Shown piece by piece: positions 52,391-63,128 of a stretch of 64,000 nt of DNA (position 1 is the first letter of the stretch; the number at the start of each line of letters is the position of its first letter). Source of the stretch: Verrucomicrobiota bacterium (GTDB taxonomy: Bacteria; Verrucomicrobiota; Verrucomicrobiia; Limisphaerales; AAA164-E04); NCBI GenBank assembly GCA_047947115.1, contig CP170459.1, positions 992,001-1,056,000 of the forward strand, read 5' to 3'. Below the pieces are notes generated by a model. The model saw nothing but the letters and a program-made list of their open reading frames with translations, had not been told where the DNA came from and searched no databases. Made by a program: the position numbers and the translations under genes.

Positions 52391-53458
52391 ATGAAGCATC
52401 AAGGGCTTCAAGACTCTTACGGTCGGATCATGCAGGATCTTCGGATCAGCGTGACCGACCGTTGTAATTTCAGATGCCTCTACTGTCTGCCCGAGACGGA
52501 AGAGGCATCCAATTTTTATCGGGATGCTTCCGCCGGAAGACATTTACAGGAGGGTCAGAAAAACTTTATCCGCTACCCGTGGAAGCCCAAAAAGGAAATC
52601 CTGACCTATGAAGAAATCATTCGATTTGTTCGCCTGACCTCTCAGGCAGGTATCCGGAAAATCCGAATCACCGGGGGCGAACCCCTGCTGAGAACGGGTG
52701 TGGCGGGTTTGATTGCCGAAATAAAAAAAATTCCAGGCATTCAGGATGTCGCACTCACCAGCAACGGATTCCTGTTTCAAAAACACGCACAGGCACTCAA
52801 AGAAGCGGGTCTGTCACGCATGACATTCAGCATGGATTCCCTGGACGCCGCCAACTTTGAAAAAATGACCGGTCGCAAAGGTCTGGAAGGCGTCATTGAA
52901 AGCATCCAACTTGCCAAGCAACTGGGATTCGGTCCCGTCAAGGTCAACGCCGTCATCATTCGCGATATGAATGACCACGAACTGGAGGATCTCGTGCAGT
53001 TCGGGCGCGACCACCAGGTTACCATGCGTTTCATCGAATACATGCCTCTGGATTCCGGCAAAGCCTGGCAAAAAGAGTTGGTGGTCAGTGGTCGGGAAAT
53101 GCTGGAAAGAATCCAAAACCGGTTCGACATCCAGCCCCTCCAGCCCAACCACTCCTCCGAAACAGCCAAACGGTGGCAGCATAAGGACGGCAATGGTGAA
53201 TTCGGCATCATTGCCTCGGTCTCCGAACCATTTTGCAGTCAATGCAACCGCCTGCGCCTGACCGCTGACGGCAACCTCCGCACCTGTCTCTTCAGTCACC
53301 AGGAACACGATTTCAAATCCCTCCTTCGAAGCAACGCCCCGGATCACGACATCATGAACAAATTGCGAACTGTTGTCTTCGGGAAGGAACCCGGACACAA
53401 AATCGGGCGAGAGGACTTCGTCCAACCCGAACGCACCATGAGCTTCATCGGCGGATAA
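52391..53458 (+). CDS. moaA: GTP 3',8-cyclase
   Basis: LRISVTDRCNFRCLYC, TGGEP, CSQCNRLR...C and C-terminal GG. Confidence 0.96.
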   Translation: MKHQGLQDSYGRIMQDLRISVTDRCNFRCLYCLPETEEASNFYRDASAGRHLQEGQKNFIRYPWKPKKEILTYEEIIRFVRLTSQAGIRKIRITGGEPLLRTGVAGLIAEIKKIPGIQDVALTSNGFLFQKHAQALKEAGLSRMTFSMDSLDAANFEKMTGRKGLEGVIESIQLAKQLGFGPVKVNAVIIRDMNDHELEDLVQFGRDHQVTMRFIEYMPLDSGKAWQKELVVSGREMLERIQNRFDIQPLQPNHSSETAKRWQHKDGNGEFGIIASVSEPFCSQCNRLRLTADGNLRTCLFSHQEHDFKSLLRSNAPDHDIMNKLRTVVFGKEPGHKIGREDFVQPERTMSFIGG

Positions 53459-53712
53459 GGCAGTTCCGGCCGTCCCTAGCCCCAAGGTAGATCTGGCCGT
53501 CCCTGGCCGGAATCTCACAGCATCCATAAGCTCCAATACAGACCGTTTTGGGAAGCCTACAACAATCACCCCTCACCACGTTCTGAACCTAAAGTGTTAC
53601 CTATGTCTTGAACTCACCACTCACCCCTCACCCACCATTCGAAATTCACCATTCAACAGTCCCTCCCTCCCAAAACATTGATCCCAATCAACCATTGAAC
53701 TATGGTCGAGGT

Positions 53713-56700
53713 ATGTCCTTATGGTTGAAAAGATGGCTCTGTTTGGCGATGGCGGTCGGATCGGCAAGCATCGCAGATAAAGTGACCGCTCAACCCGACT
53801 CGGAATGGCACGAACATGGCATGCACCGATATCGCCTGCTGTCAGTCGAATCATCACCTGCTCACACGGCAGGGTTTATCAACATGCAACCGGAACAAAC
53901 CGGCATCCAGTTTACCAATCTCCTGTCCGTCACCCGTTACATGACCAACCAAACCTTGCTCAACGGTTCCGGTGTCGCGGCGGATGATGTCGACGGCGAC
54001 GGCATGTGTGATCTGTATTTCAACTCCCTGGATGCCCCCAACCAGCTCCTTCGAAATCTGGGAAACTGGCAATTCGAAAACATCGCCGATCAAGCAGGTG
54101 TCGCCTGCCCAGATGCCGATTCCACAGCCTGCGTATTGGCGGACCTGGATGGAGACAACAAACCGGAGCTGCTCGTCAACACCATGTACCGAGGCCTGCG
54201 GCTCTTCCAAAACCTCGGCAATGGCACATTTGAAGAGCGAACGCAGGAAGCCGGTTTGCGCCCCGCCCTTGGTGGCATGACCGTCACCGTGGGGGATTAT
54301 GATATGGACGGCAAACCGGACATCTACGTCTCCCGCTACCGCGCCTCCGCACTCATGGACGTTCCCAACGCCTATGTCGACATCAAAAACGTCGGAGGCA
54401 AACGCATCGTCAGCAAGTTCAACGGACGCCCCACCACTGACCCGGACCTCCAGCACCGATTTTACATCGATGAGCGCGGAGGCATCGGCGAATACGGCGA
54501 ACCCGACACCCTCTACCGCAATCAGGGCAACCTCACCTTCGAACCTGTTGATTGGACAGGCGGGACCTTTCTGGATGAACACGGAAAACCCCTTCCGGAC
54601 ATACCGCGCGACTGGGGGCTGGCTGCCATGTTTCGCGATTTGAATCATGACGGATATCCGGACCTCTATGTGTGCAACGACTTTGACACCCCGGACCGAA
54701 TCTGGATCAACACACGCAAGGGAACATTCAAAGCCCTGCCGTCCCATGCCATTCGTCAGACCAGTTGGTTTGCCATGGGACTGGATGTGGCGGATGTGGA
54801 CCGTGATGGAGACGACGACATCCTGGTGCTCGACATGCTGGCTCGATCCCATCAGACCCGACTGAACCAGCTGGGCGATGTCAAACCCGCCATGCAGCTC
54901 ATCCGTGAAGCGAACCACCGCCCGCAGTTCATGAAAACCACCCTTCAGATGAACCGAGGCGACATGACCTATGCCGAAGTGGGCCAATGGGCGGGCGTGG
55001 CGGCATCCGACTGGGCCTGGGGTGTGGCTTTCCTGGATGTGGATCTGGACGGATACGAAGATCTCCTCATCACAAACGGTCACGAACGAGACGGTCGAAA
55101 CATCGATGTGGCCAACCAACTTAAAGCCATGCGACGGGCTAAAAAAATGAGTGACCGCGAGATCTTCGAGAAACGCATGCTCTTTCCAACCTTCGACACA
55201 CCCAACATAGCCATGCGCAATCAGGGCAAAGGCGCCTTCAAGGAGATCAGCGAACAATGGGGGTTTGATCTGGATGATGTCTCCCATGGCATCTGCCTGG
55301 CGGATCTGGATGGAGACGGAGATCTGGACGTCGCGGTGAACAACCTGAACGCCCCGGCCAGTATCTACCAGAATCGCACCACCGCACCTCGCATCGCCGT
55401 CCGCGCCCACGACATCGGAACCCGACTGGAACTTTCCGATGGCGAGTTCACGCAGAGTCAGGAAATCATTGCCGGAGGAAAATACCTTTCCGATGACCAA
55501 TCCATCCGCACCTTTGCCTGGCCATACAAAAAAAACGCAAACGTCACGCTCTCCATACACTGGCCCGGAGGCCAAAAGGAAACCATACGGGACATCCTCC
55601 CAAACCGTCTTTATGACATCACGCAGCAAGCTATGGAGAACCCTGCCCCGTCAAGAAACGATGCCACTGGAAACACCCCCTTGTTTGCCGATGAGAGTCA
55701 CCTTTTAATCCACCAGCACAGCGACCCGGATTTTGACGACTGGGCACGCCAACCCCTGATCGATGCTTCGCTGGCATATGAAGGTCCGGCGGTGGCATGG
55801 CTGGATCTGAACCATGATGGCTGGGAAGACTTGATCCTGAGCGATGGCCGGGGAGGCAAACCCAATGCATTTCTCAACCAGAAAGGAAAATCCTTCCAAC
55901 CCATCAACAAACCTCCCTTTCACCTCCCAGCTTCAAGAGATCAAGTCAGCCTCGTGGGATGGCATGACGAAGGTGGAAACCTGCGACTACTCGCAGGCTC
56001 ATCCAATTACGAAGACGGCCTGCCTTTGGGTTCGCCCATCCGAGAGTACCGCTTAAGCGACGGAAAAACACTGGACACCTTCCCGGGGCAACCCGACTCG
56101 ATCGGCCCGATGACCCTGGGCGATGTGGATCGGGATGGTGATTTGGACCTCTTTGCAGGTTCCCGCGCTTTGCCGGGGAAATTTCCAAAATCCCCCGCTT
56201 CGTTCCTTTTTCTGAATGAAGAAGGATCGTTCAATTTGGACAAAGAAAGATCCGTATTGTTTCAGCAGTTGGGAATGGTCCGGAGCGCCTGCTGGTTTGA
56301 TGAAGACAGGGACGGGTATCCTGAACTATTGATCGCACGTGACTGGAATTCCCTGGTGTTTTTCAAGAACAACCAGGGCCAACTGGTGGATGAAACAAGC
56401 AAGCGTGGACTGGCCCACCTGAAGGGTTGGTGGAGCGGACTGGCGCTGGGCGATTTCAACAACGACGGTCACATCGACTTCGTGGCTGGAAACCGAGGCA
56501 TGAACGGACCCCATCAGGAACACCTGCATCATCCGGTCAGGCTTTACCATGGTGACTTCGATCAAAATCAGGCGCACGACATCATCCGGACTCACTTTGA
56601 ACCAACGTTGAATGATGACGCGCCGGATCAACAACTGGGCATGCTCGCCCGAGGCATCCCCACTCTGGTCTCCCATTACAGATCCTATCAGGCATTCAGC

Positions 56701-57405
56701 CGACAAACCGTGTCCAAGGTCCTGGCATCTTTAAGGGCAAAAGCGGACATGCTGGAGGTCAACACCTCCCAAACCATGGTCTTTCTCAACAACCAGGGGC
56801 AGTTTGAAGCGCATCCACTCCCATCCGAAGCTCAATGGGCGCCAGTCTTTGGCGTTGCGAGTGGTGATTTCGATGGGGACGGAAATTTGGATGTCTTTCT
56901 GACTCAAAACAATTTCCAGTGGGACGCCATGACACCCCGCATGGATGCCGGTCTGGGACTCGTATGCTTGGGAACCGGGGCAGGAACCTTCAAGTCCCTG
57001 TCACCCATCGGGAGCGGTGTACGGATCCTTGGGGAACAAAGAGGAACATCCGTTTCGGATTGGAACGGAGATGGACGCCTGGATCTGGTGGTAGGACAGA
57101 ATCGTGGTTCAACCGTATTATTGACCAATCGAGAAGCCACTCCCGGAATACGAGTCCAACTCATGGGTTCCCCGGCGAACCCGGGCGCCATCGGAGCCCA
57201 GATCCGCGGCATCCAGACAAATAACAACCATGGACCGTGGCATTACGTGACCGCAGGCAGCAGTTGTGGCTCACAAATGGGCATGATTCAGGTGATCGGT
57301 CAGGCACGCCAAACAGGCCAAGTGGAGGTTGGCTGGCCCGATGGATCCATCAGCCGGCACAAAATTTCTGATCCGGACAAGTTACAAATCATCCACAAAC
57401 CTTGA
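53713..57405 (+). CDS. Secreted VCBS/FG-GAP protein with two ASPIC/UnbV-like regions
   Basis: TGIQFTN...NGSGVA; many DxDGDG repeats; internal and C-terminal ASPIC-like segments. Confidence 0.88.
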   Translation: MSLWLKRWLCLAMAVGSASIADKVTAQPDSEWHEHGMHRYRLLSVESSPAHTAGFINMQPEQTGIQFTNLLSVTRYMTNQTLLNGSGVAADDVDGDGMCDLYFNSLDAPNQLLRNLGNWQFENIADQAGVACPDADSTACVLADLDGDNKPELLVNTMYRGLRLFQNLGNGTFEERTQEAGLRPALGGMTVTVGDYDMDGKPDIYVSRYRASALMDVPNAYVDIKNVGGKRIVSKFNGRPTTDPDLQHRFYIDERGGIGEYGEPDTLYRNQGNLTFEPVDWTGGTFLDEHGKPLPDIPRDWGLAAMFRDLNHDGYPDLYVCNDFDTPDRIWINTRKGTFKALPSHAIRQTSWFAMGLDVADVDRDGDDDILVLDMLARSHQTRLNQLGDVKPAMQLIREANHRPQFMKTTLQMNRGDMTYAEVGQWAGVAASDWAWGVAFLDVDLDGYEDLLITNGHERDGRNIDVANQLKAMRRAKKMSDREIFEKRMLFPTFDTPNIAMRNQGKGAFKEISEQWGFDLDDVSHGICLADLDGDGDLDVAVNNLNAPASIYQNRTTAPRIAVRAHDIGTRLELSDGEFTQSQEIIAGGKYLSDDQSIRTFAWPYKKNANVTLSIHWPGGQKETIRDILPNRLYDITQQAMENPAPSRNDATGNTPLFADESHLLIHQHSDPDFDDWARQPLIDASLAYEGPAVAWLDLNHDGWEDLILSDGRGGKPNAFLNQKGKSFQPINKPPFHLPASRDQVSLVGWHDEGGNLRLLAGSSNYEDGLPLGSPIREYRLSDGKTLDTFPGQPDSIGPMTLGDVDRDGDLDLFAGSRALPGKFPKSPASFLFLNEEGSFNLDKERSVLFQQLGMVRSACWFDEDRDGYPELLIARDWNSLVFFKNNQGQLVDETSKRGLAHLKGWWSGLALGDFNNDGHIDFVAGNRGMNGPHQEHLHHPVRLYHGDFDQNQAHDIIRTHFEPTLNDDAPDQQLGMLARGIPTLVSHYRSYQAFSRQTVSKVLASLRAKADMLEVNTSQTMVFLNNQGQFEAHPLPSEAQWAPVFGVASGDFDGDGNLDVFLTQNNFQWDAMTPRMDAGLGLVCLGTGAGTFKSLSPIGSGVRILGEQRGTSVSDWNGDGRLDLVVGQNRGSTVLLTNREATPGIRVQLMGSPANPGAIGAQIRGIQTNNNHGPWHYVTAGSSCGSQMGMIQVIGQARQTGQVEVGWPDGSISRHKISDPDKLQIIHKP

Positions 57406-57695
57406 TGTTGCCAAACCGGTGATTTGACACAAACACTCAGGATGCACCAAACAAGCCAACATGTACACAATTAACTACTAACCAATCTGTTGCAAACCAT
57501 TTAGCATTCAAACATTTTGGATCAAGCTCTGTTTCCTTGCCACATACGTCCCCTTTTCTGCTCAGCCAGAGTGATGGCGGAAACGTGAAAGTAAAAAAAA
57601 TTTGTTTGCCCGAAAGCCAGGAAATGTAAGATGTTCGTCGCTTTCCTTGACCTCTTTGTCATGGGAAATCCTTGGACCCAAGTACAACAAAAAAC

Positions 57696-58814
57696 ATGCA
57701 AGCTGTCGGAGCCATACCAAAAAAGAAGGAAGTCGCTATCATCGACCATCCGAAACCCGTTTTGAGTTCGGACAACGAGGTGATCGTCAAAAGCATCGAT
57801 GTGGGCATCTGCGGCACCGACCGCGAAATTTGCACCTTCGTTTATGGCGACCCGCCCAAAGACTCCGACTACCTGGTGCTGGGGCATGAATGCCTGGGCA
57901 TCGTTCAGGAGGTCGGCTCGGCAGTGGAGAATTTCCTGCCGGGTGATCTGGTGGTTCCATCCGTGCGACGGCCATGCACGCACAACCATTGTGCTCCCTG
58001 CAAGGATGATATGCAGGACTTCTGTTCGACCGGAGACTTTGTCGAGCGCGGCATCAAGATGCGCCATGGCTACATGACAGAATATTGGGCCGAAGAAGAA
58101 AAATATCTCAATTACGTGCCGGTCAACCTCAAGGACGTGGCCGTTCTGGTGGAACCTTTGACCATTGTGGAAAAAGCCATGGCCCAAGTCTGGCCCACCC
58201 AATGCCGCCTGCCTTGGGCAAAAGACAAGGACGCCAAAAGTCGCCCTAACGGGAAAGGCCTCAATGCCGTCGTTCTGGGAGCCGGCCCGGTCGGTATCCT
58301 GGGTGCCATGAAATTGAAAGCCGAAGGATTCAACACCTTCGTCTACTCCCGCAGCAAGGCACCCAACCCGAAAGCCGAATTGGTGGAGTCCTTCGGTGTG
58401 CCTTACATTTCAGCCCAGGAAACATCCCTGGAAGAACTGGCGGAACGAGTCGGCAATATCGATCTGGTCTATGAAGCCGTGGGAGTTGCAAGCATTTCCT
58501 ACAAAGTGCTGAGCATTCTGGGATTGAACGGGATTTACGTGTTCACGGGCATACCCGCCCCCAAACCAGCCATTGAAGTGGACGCCGACCTCATCATGCG
58601 AAATTTGGTACTTAAAAATCAGGTCGTGATCGGAACCGTCAATGCCGATCAGGGAGCATTCATCTCTGCCATCAAGGATCTCGGAGTCTTCATGGAACGT
58701 TGGCCCGAAGCACTTAAACGCATCATCACCAGTCGGTTTGGAGCACAAGACAGCCGTTCCCTGCTCCTCGACAAAGCGACGGGTATCAAAAACGTGATCA
58801 GCTTCGACCATTAA
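57696..58814 (+). CDS. Zn-dependent MDR glucose 1-dehydrogenase-like protein
   Basis: GICGTDREI, LGHE, VPSVRR, ERGI...HG, EPL..VEKA and GAGPVG motifs. Confidence 0.88.
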   Translation: MQAVGAIPKKKEVAIIDHPKPVLSSDNEVIVKSIDVGICGTDREICTFVYGDPPKDSDYLVLGHECLGIVQEVGSAVENFLPGDLVVPSVRRPCTHNHCAPCKDDMQDFCSTGDFVERGIKMRHGYMTEYWAEEEKYLNYVPVNLKDVAVLVEPLTIVEKAMAQVWPTQCRLPWAKDKDAKSRPNGKGLNAVVLGAGPVGILGAMKLKAEGFNTFVYSRSKAPNPKAELVESFGVPYISAQETSLEELAERVGNIDLVYEAVGVASISYKVLSILGLNGIYVFTGIPAPKPAIEVDADLIMRNLVLKNQVVIGTVNADQGAFISAIKDLGVFMERWPEALKRIITSRFGAQDSRSLLLDKATGIKNVISFDH

Positions 58815-58986
58815 TCGCCTTTCAAGAACCCGCAAAGCCGCGAGAGATTCTTCGAAGAACGACAATTCCTTTTTGACACTGGCGCGTCAACTTGGCATGT
58901 TGCCGAGCTGTTGACGCGACCTTTATCAACCCACGGGCGGACTGTCAAATCAGTTGCGAGCCTGAAAAAGAAGTGAATTGAATTTT

Positions 58987-60276
58987 ATGGAAAATACCGA
59001 AGCATCAAACGCATTGACCGGGAACCTGCTGGTGGCACAATCCGGCGGCCCAACCGTCGTCATCAATTCCAGCGTGGCCGGCGTCATTACAGAAGCAGGC
59101 AAACATGGCGAAATCGAAGAGATTTATGGTGGATTGAACGGCATCTACGGCATCCTCAACGAAGAACTCATTGACATCAACGAGGAGAAAGCCAAAACCA
59201 TCGAAGAGTTGAAACACACTCCGGCAGCAGCACTGGGCACCTGCCGCTACAAGATCAATTTCAAAAACGATCCCGAACAAGCCGCCCGAGACATGGACCG
59301 CCTGTTTCAGGTCTTTGAGGCACACAATATCCGTTTCTTCTTTTATGCCGGTGGCAATGATTCACAAGATACCTCGCACAAGATTCACGAAGAAGCCGTC
59401 AAACGCGGTTACGCCATGCGCGTGATTGGAGTTCCCAAAACCATCGACAACGATCTCCCACACACCGACCACTGCCCTGGATATGGTTCCGTGGTCAAAT
59501 ACAATGCCACAACCGTGATGGAAGTCGGCGCCGACGTGGGTAGCATGGCCACCGATGACGGCTCCTGCTGTATCATTGAAGTCATGGGCCGAGCCGCAGG
59601 TTGGATCGCAGCCGGAACGGTAGCCGCCAAGCGCGACGATGACGATCCCCCCCACATCATCCTGTTACCCGAAATTCGCCTCGACGAAGAAGCCTTTCTC
59701 AAAAAAGTCCAGGAAACAGTCGACCGCCTGAACTACTGCATCGTGGTCACGGGCGAAGGTGTCAAAAACGCAGCCGGCGAAGAGATCGGAGCTGACAAAT
59801 CACGCCTCGACGCATTCGGTCACGCAGTGCTTTCTGGAGCCGCTGATGCTTTGAAGGAAATGGTACAGGGCAAACTGAATCTCAAAACCCGTACCGTCAA
59901 ACTCGGCTACGCCCAACGCGCCGCCGCTCACTACGCCAGCGCCACCGACGTGGAAGAGGCCTTCGCATGCGGCGTGGCAGCGGTCAAAGCAGCCTTGGAA
60001 GGCAAGAGCGGTCAGATGGTGAAACTCGTTCGCCTGAACAACGAGCCTTACCAATGGGGCACCGCACTCCAACCGCTGGAAGACATCGCCAACGTGGAAC
60101 ACTTGATTCCCCGCGCCTGGATCTCCGTGGATGGTTTCATGCCGAACGACAACTTTGTGAAGTATATCACCCCGCTCATTCAGGGCGAAAACCCCGTTCC
60201 AACCGAGAACGGACTTCCCAAGTTCGCCAAATTGGTCAAAGAAAAAGTGGAGAAACAACTCCCCCTCCGCGACTGA
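58987..60276 (+). CDS. pfp: 6-phosphofructokinase, probably PPi-dependent
   Basis: QSGGP, GGNDS, PKTIDND and EVMGR motifs; the Asp in GGND and Lys in PKTIDND are the PPi-type signature. Confidence 0.85.
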   Translation: MENTEASNALTGNLLVAQSGGPTVVINSSVAGVITEAGKHGEIEEIYGGLNGIYGILNEELIDINEEKAKTIEELKHTPAAALGTCRYKINFKNDPEQAARDMDRLFQVFEAHNIRFFFYAGGNDSQDTSHKIHEEAVKRGYAMRVIGVPKTIDNDLPHTDHCPGYGSVVKYNATTVMEVGADVGSMATDDGSCCIIEVMGRAAGWIAAGTVAAKRDDDDPPHIILLPEIRLDEEAFLKKVQETVDRLNYCIVVTGEGVKNAAGEEIGADKSRLDAFGHAVLSGAADALKEMVQGKLNLKTRTVKLGYAQRAAAHYASATDVEEAFACGVAAVKAALEGKSGQMVKLVRLNNEPYQWGTALQPLEDIANVEHLIPRAWISVDGFMPNDNFVKYITPLIQGENPVPTENGLPKFAKLVKEKVEKQLPLRD

Positions 60277-60301
60277 TACGGAAGTAAAAAGTCTTTCCCA
60301 C

Positions 60302-60334
60302 AACCCCGTGCACCTCGAGTGCATGGGGTTTTTT
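60302..60334 (+). terminator. Intrinsic terminator after pfp
   Basis: AACCCCGTGCAC-loop-GTGCATGGGGTT-TTTT. Confidence 0.85.
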
Positions 60335-60354
60335 GTTCTTTAATAACAAAAACA

Positions 60355-60914
60355 GGTAGATCGCACCAGCTTGTCACGCGCCTCAGGGAAACCTATAGGT
60401 AGAACGTGTCATCCCCGACGCGTCACCTTATGGTTTCCTTCCCTTGCTTTTCACTTTTCAAAGGAGAATCCGATGGTATCCAAAAACCAACTCAAAAAGG
60501 GTAGCCTACAGTTTTTGAAACCTTATAGGTAGAGCGTGTCGTCCCCGACGCGCAAGCCTTGTGACATCCGTTCTCTCAATTCACCTATCAAAGGAAAACC
60601 CCTGATCACCCAACACCCACATCGCTGCTTTCAATCAGACGACGGCCATGCTTTCTACGGTGGATCATAGATCGCTCTTGGTTACCCTGTGTAAGGTTGG
60701 AGGAAATTCATGACAACAAGGGCGGACCGGGATCCATGCAGTCGCGGGACAAGCTGGTCCGATCTGCCCTATGGCAATCGTAGATACTGTTCTCGGTGCG
60801 CCAGCAAGCGACAGTGTTGCGATTGTAGGGAGTTGTGTGATCTTGGGTTTTCCTTTGGTCAGCAAAATGCGAATAAGCACACCACAAGGACGGACCGGGA
60901 CGGTCCGATCTACC
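60355..60914. repeat. Cluster of GTAG-type REPs (3 forward, 2 reverse)
   Basis: GGTAG-led GC palindromes at 60355, 60398 and 60528; reverse copies ending near 60768 and at 60914. Confidence 0.75.
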
Positions 60915-61716
60915 GCAAAAATATAATCCCCAATAGAATCCCCCCAACCGCAATCCGATAATAACCAAACTTGTTGAACGAATTCGACTGCACATACCGC
61001 AGCAACCATTTCACGGCGATAAATGACACAAACCCCGACACCACAAACCCCAGAGCCACCATCCCCCAATCCTCTGGAGGCGCACCCTCGACCGGTTCAG
61101 TCACCGCTTTCAAAATCTTATATCCGCCCGCGGCCAGCATCGTGGGAATCCCCACCAAGAAACTATACTCCGTCGCCATCGACCGACTCAACCCCATCAT
61201 CAAAGCCACCAGAATGGTCGTGCCTGAACGCGAAGCCCCCGGGAAAACCGCCGCCACCAACTGACCCAACCCCACCGCAATCGCAATCTTCCAGGTAATC
61301 GTCTCCGAAACAGGTTTGCCCTGCACCCACTTTTCCACCCAGAGAAACAGAATCCCGCCGATCAACAAAGCCAAAGCAATCGGCATGGGCTCATCCGGCA
61401 AAGTGAATCTATTCTTCTCCAAAGCCAAACCACCCACACCGGTTATAAAGAACGCGAGAGCGATTTGACTGATAAAAACCTGGGCATCCTTTTCACGCCA
61501 TTGACGCACCACGTACAGAATACGCTCCTTGAACAAAGGAATCACCGCCAGCACCGCGCCGGACTGGATCACGATATTAAACAAATCCGACCGCGGCTCG
61601 ATCCATCGACCGAACATCTGCTGAATCAACAGGAGATGCCCAGTAGAAGAAACCGGCAAAAATTCCGTAATCCCCTCCACCACACCCAAAATCAAAATGT
61701 CCAACCACTCTGGCAT
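60910..61716 (-). CDS. uppP: Undecaprenyl-diphosphatase
   Basis: EGITEFLPVSSTGH and PGASRSG motifs. Confidence 0.96.
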   Translation of the reverse strand: MPEWLDILILGVVEGITEFLPVSSTGHLLLIQQMFGRWIEPRSDLFNIVIQSGAVLAVIPLFKERILYVVRQWREKDAQVFISQIALAFFITGVGGLALEKNRFTLPDEPMPIALALLIGGILFLWVEKWVQGKPVSETITWKIAIAVGLGQLVAAVFPGASRSGTTILVALMMGLSRSMATEYSFLVGIPTMLAAGGYKILKAVTEPVEGAPPEDWGMVALGFVVSGFVSFIAVKWLLRYVQSNSFNKFGYYRIAVGGILLGIIFLR

Positions 61717-61917
61717 CCGGCTATTCAGCGGAAATCCTCCTCAGAAACAAGCGTAAAGGTCCAAATAAGTAAAAACCAACTGCCATGATCACTTCCCCTT
61801 ATAACCTTCACACAACACCAACATTTCAATTTTCAAGAAATGTGAGTCCCCATAAAATCATCCCGTAAATCCTGTGTATCCTGTCAAAAAAAACACCCAT
61901 CCCAAATCTTCCGAAAA

Positions 61918-62343
61918 CTAAGTTGGCGATTTCCACTTTAATGAGGAAAAACGCGCAAAATCGCGATCTAGCGAAACCCACTCACACCCGTTTTCAATGA
62001 CAACCGCAGCAAGCCACGCATCAGGTATCAGGTTTCCCCGTGCATCTCCTTCCTCACACAATGCCCGAAAAATGTCCCAGTGACGCACCCCAGGCCCAAT
62101 CCATTGGCTCATCTCTGAATCAATCAAGACCTGACAAAATGCCATAGCCTCCGACCTTAAACTGGGATGTTTGAACAACCTTGGATGCGTAACGATTCTC
62201 AGAAATCCGGACATGACATTTGGAATAAGCGCAAACTGGGAAGAGGCATTCAACTGCCGCTCTATCCATTTCCTACACAGAAGGTGATCTTCCGCATCAG
62301 ACCGAAACGCATTCACGAGTATGTTGACGTCAGGTGTCTCCAT
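61918..62343 (-). CDS. VapC/PIN toxin
   Basis: PDVNILV...FLRIVTHP...GNLIPDAWLAA...SLDRDF. Confidence 0.92.
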   Translation of the reverse strand: METPDVNILVNAFRSDAEDHLLCRKWIERQLNASSQFALIPNVMSGFLRIVTHPRLFKHPSLRSEAMAFCQVLIDSEMSQWIGPGVRHWDIFRALCEEGDARGNLIPDAWLAAVVIENGCEWVSLDRDFARFSSLKWKSPT

Positions 62344-62351
62344 GCCATGAA

Positions 62352-62597
62352 TCAAGCGTTCATTCGATCTTCCAAATCCGAAGCATCATTCAGATTCACA
62401 CCCGAAAGCACCCCACCACTTTGCGAACAAACAGGAAGTTTGACGGGCGTTTTTTGTCGAGAAGCCTGCTGCTCACGACGCAACAGAATCAAACGTAAAC
62501 CCTCCTCAATAAGAGCCTTCAGAGTCGTCGACTCCTTGACAGCCATCGCTTTGCTCATCTTCAACAAAGCATCATCCAGCTCAACAGTCGTTTTCAT
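62352..62597 (-). CDS. VapB/RHH antitoxin
   Basis: MKTTVELDDALL...LIEEGLR. Confidence 0.9.
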   Translation of the reverse strand: MKTTVELDDALLKMSKAMAVKESTTLKALIEEGLRLILLRREQQASRQKTPVKLPVCSQSGGVLSGVNLNDASDLEDRMNA

Positions 62598-63128
62598 ACA
62601 TAAATGCATATTGGTTATATGGGTTTATGTCAATCATGGTCGCAACGGCATCAATAGTTGGTTACGACCCCCAATGGTCTTACCCGCCGGGAAACCGAAA
62701 AATCAATGCCATCGCCCACACAGTTGCCCGCTCTGGACTGCGCGTGATTTGGCACCGCTTTGGATACGGTCCACACAACTAAAAGACAAACTTCATTCCC
62801 AAACGTCAACCCACACCCCATCGCCATACACAATCTCACGCCGACTGCCAGGGCGTTGGGCAAAGCAAAATTGTTGGACATTATGGATCCGCTTACGTTT
62901 CCCTAAAAATATTCCAGCGAGGTGTCGTGACCAACACCGCCCAGGGCATCCACCGAAATAGACATGGGTGACATTCTATGATATGTCGTGGCTTGGTGAC
63001 TTCGTGTGAAATCAAATCCCCCAATCAGCGCCCTAATTCAAAAAACCTCTATTTAGTTCAGGACTATTTGAAGCGCTCCCATCCCTTTTCAGATTGAAAA
63101 TCTGAGGGAAACTTGGTGAGCTGATGCC

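Noticed and set aside
53854..55629. Long antisense ORFs (also 2022-2825, 19135-20391, 28007-28840, 45409-46263)
   Set aside because: They are shadows of well-supported genes on the opposite strand, with no motifs of their own.
60355..60914. CRISPR array (also considered for 32971-33503)
   Set aside because: The repeats are degenerate, irregularly spaced and in both orientations, and there are no cas genes.
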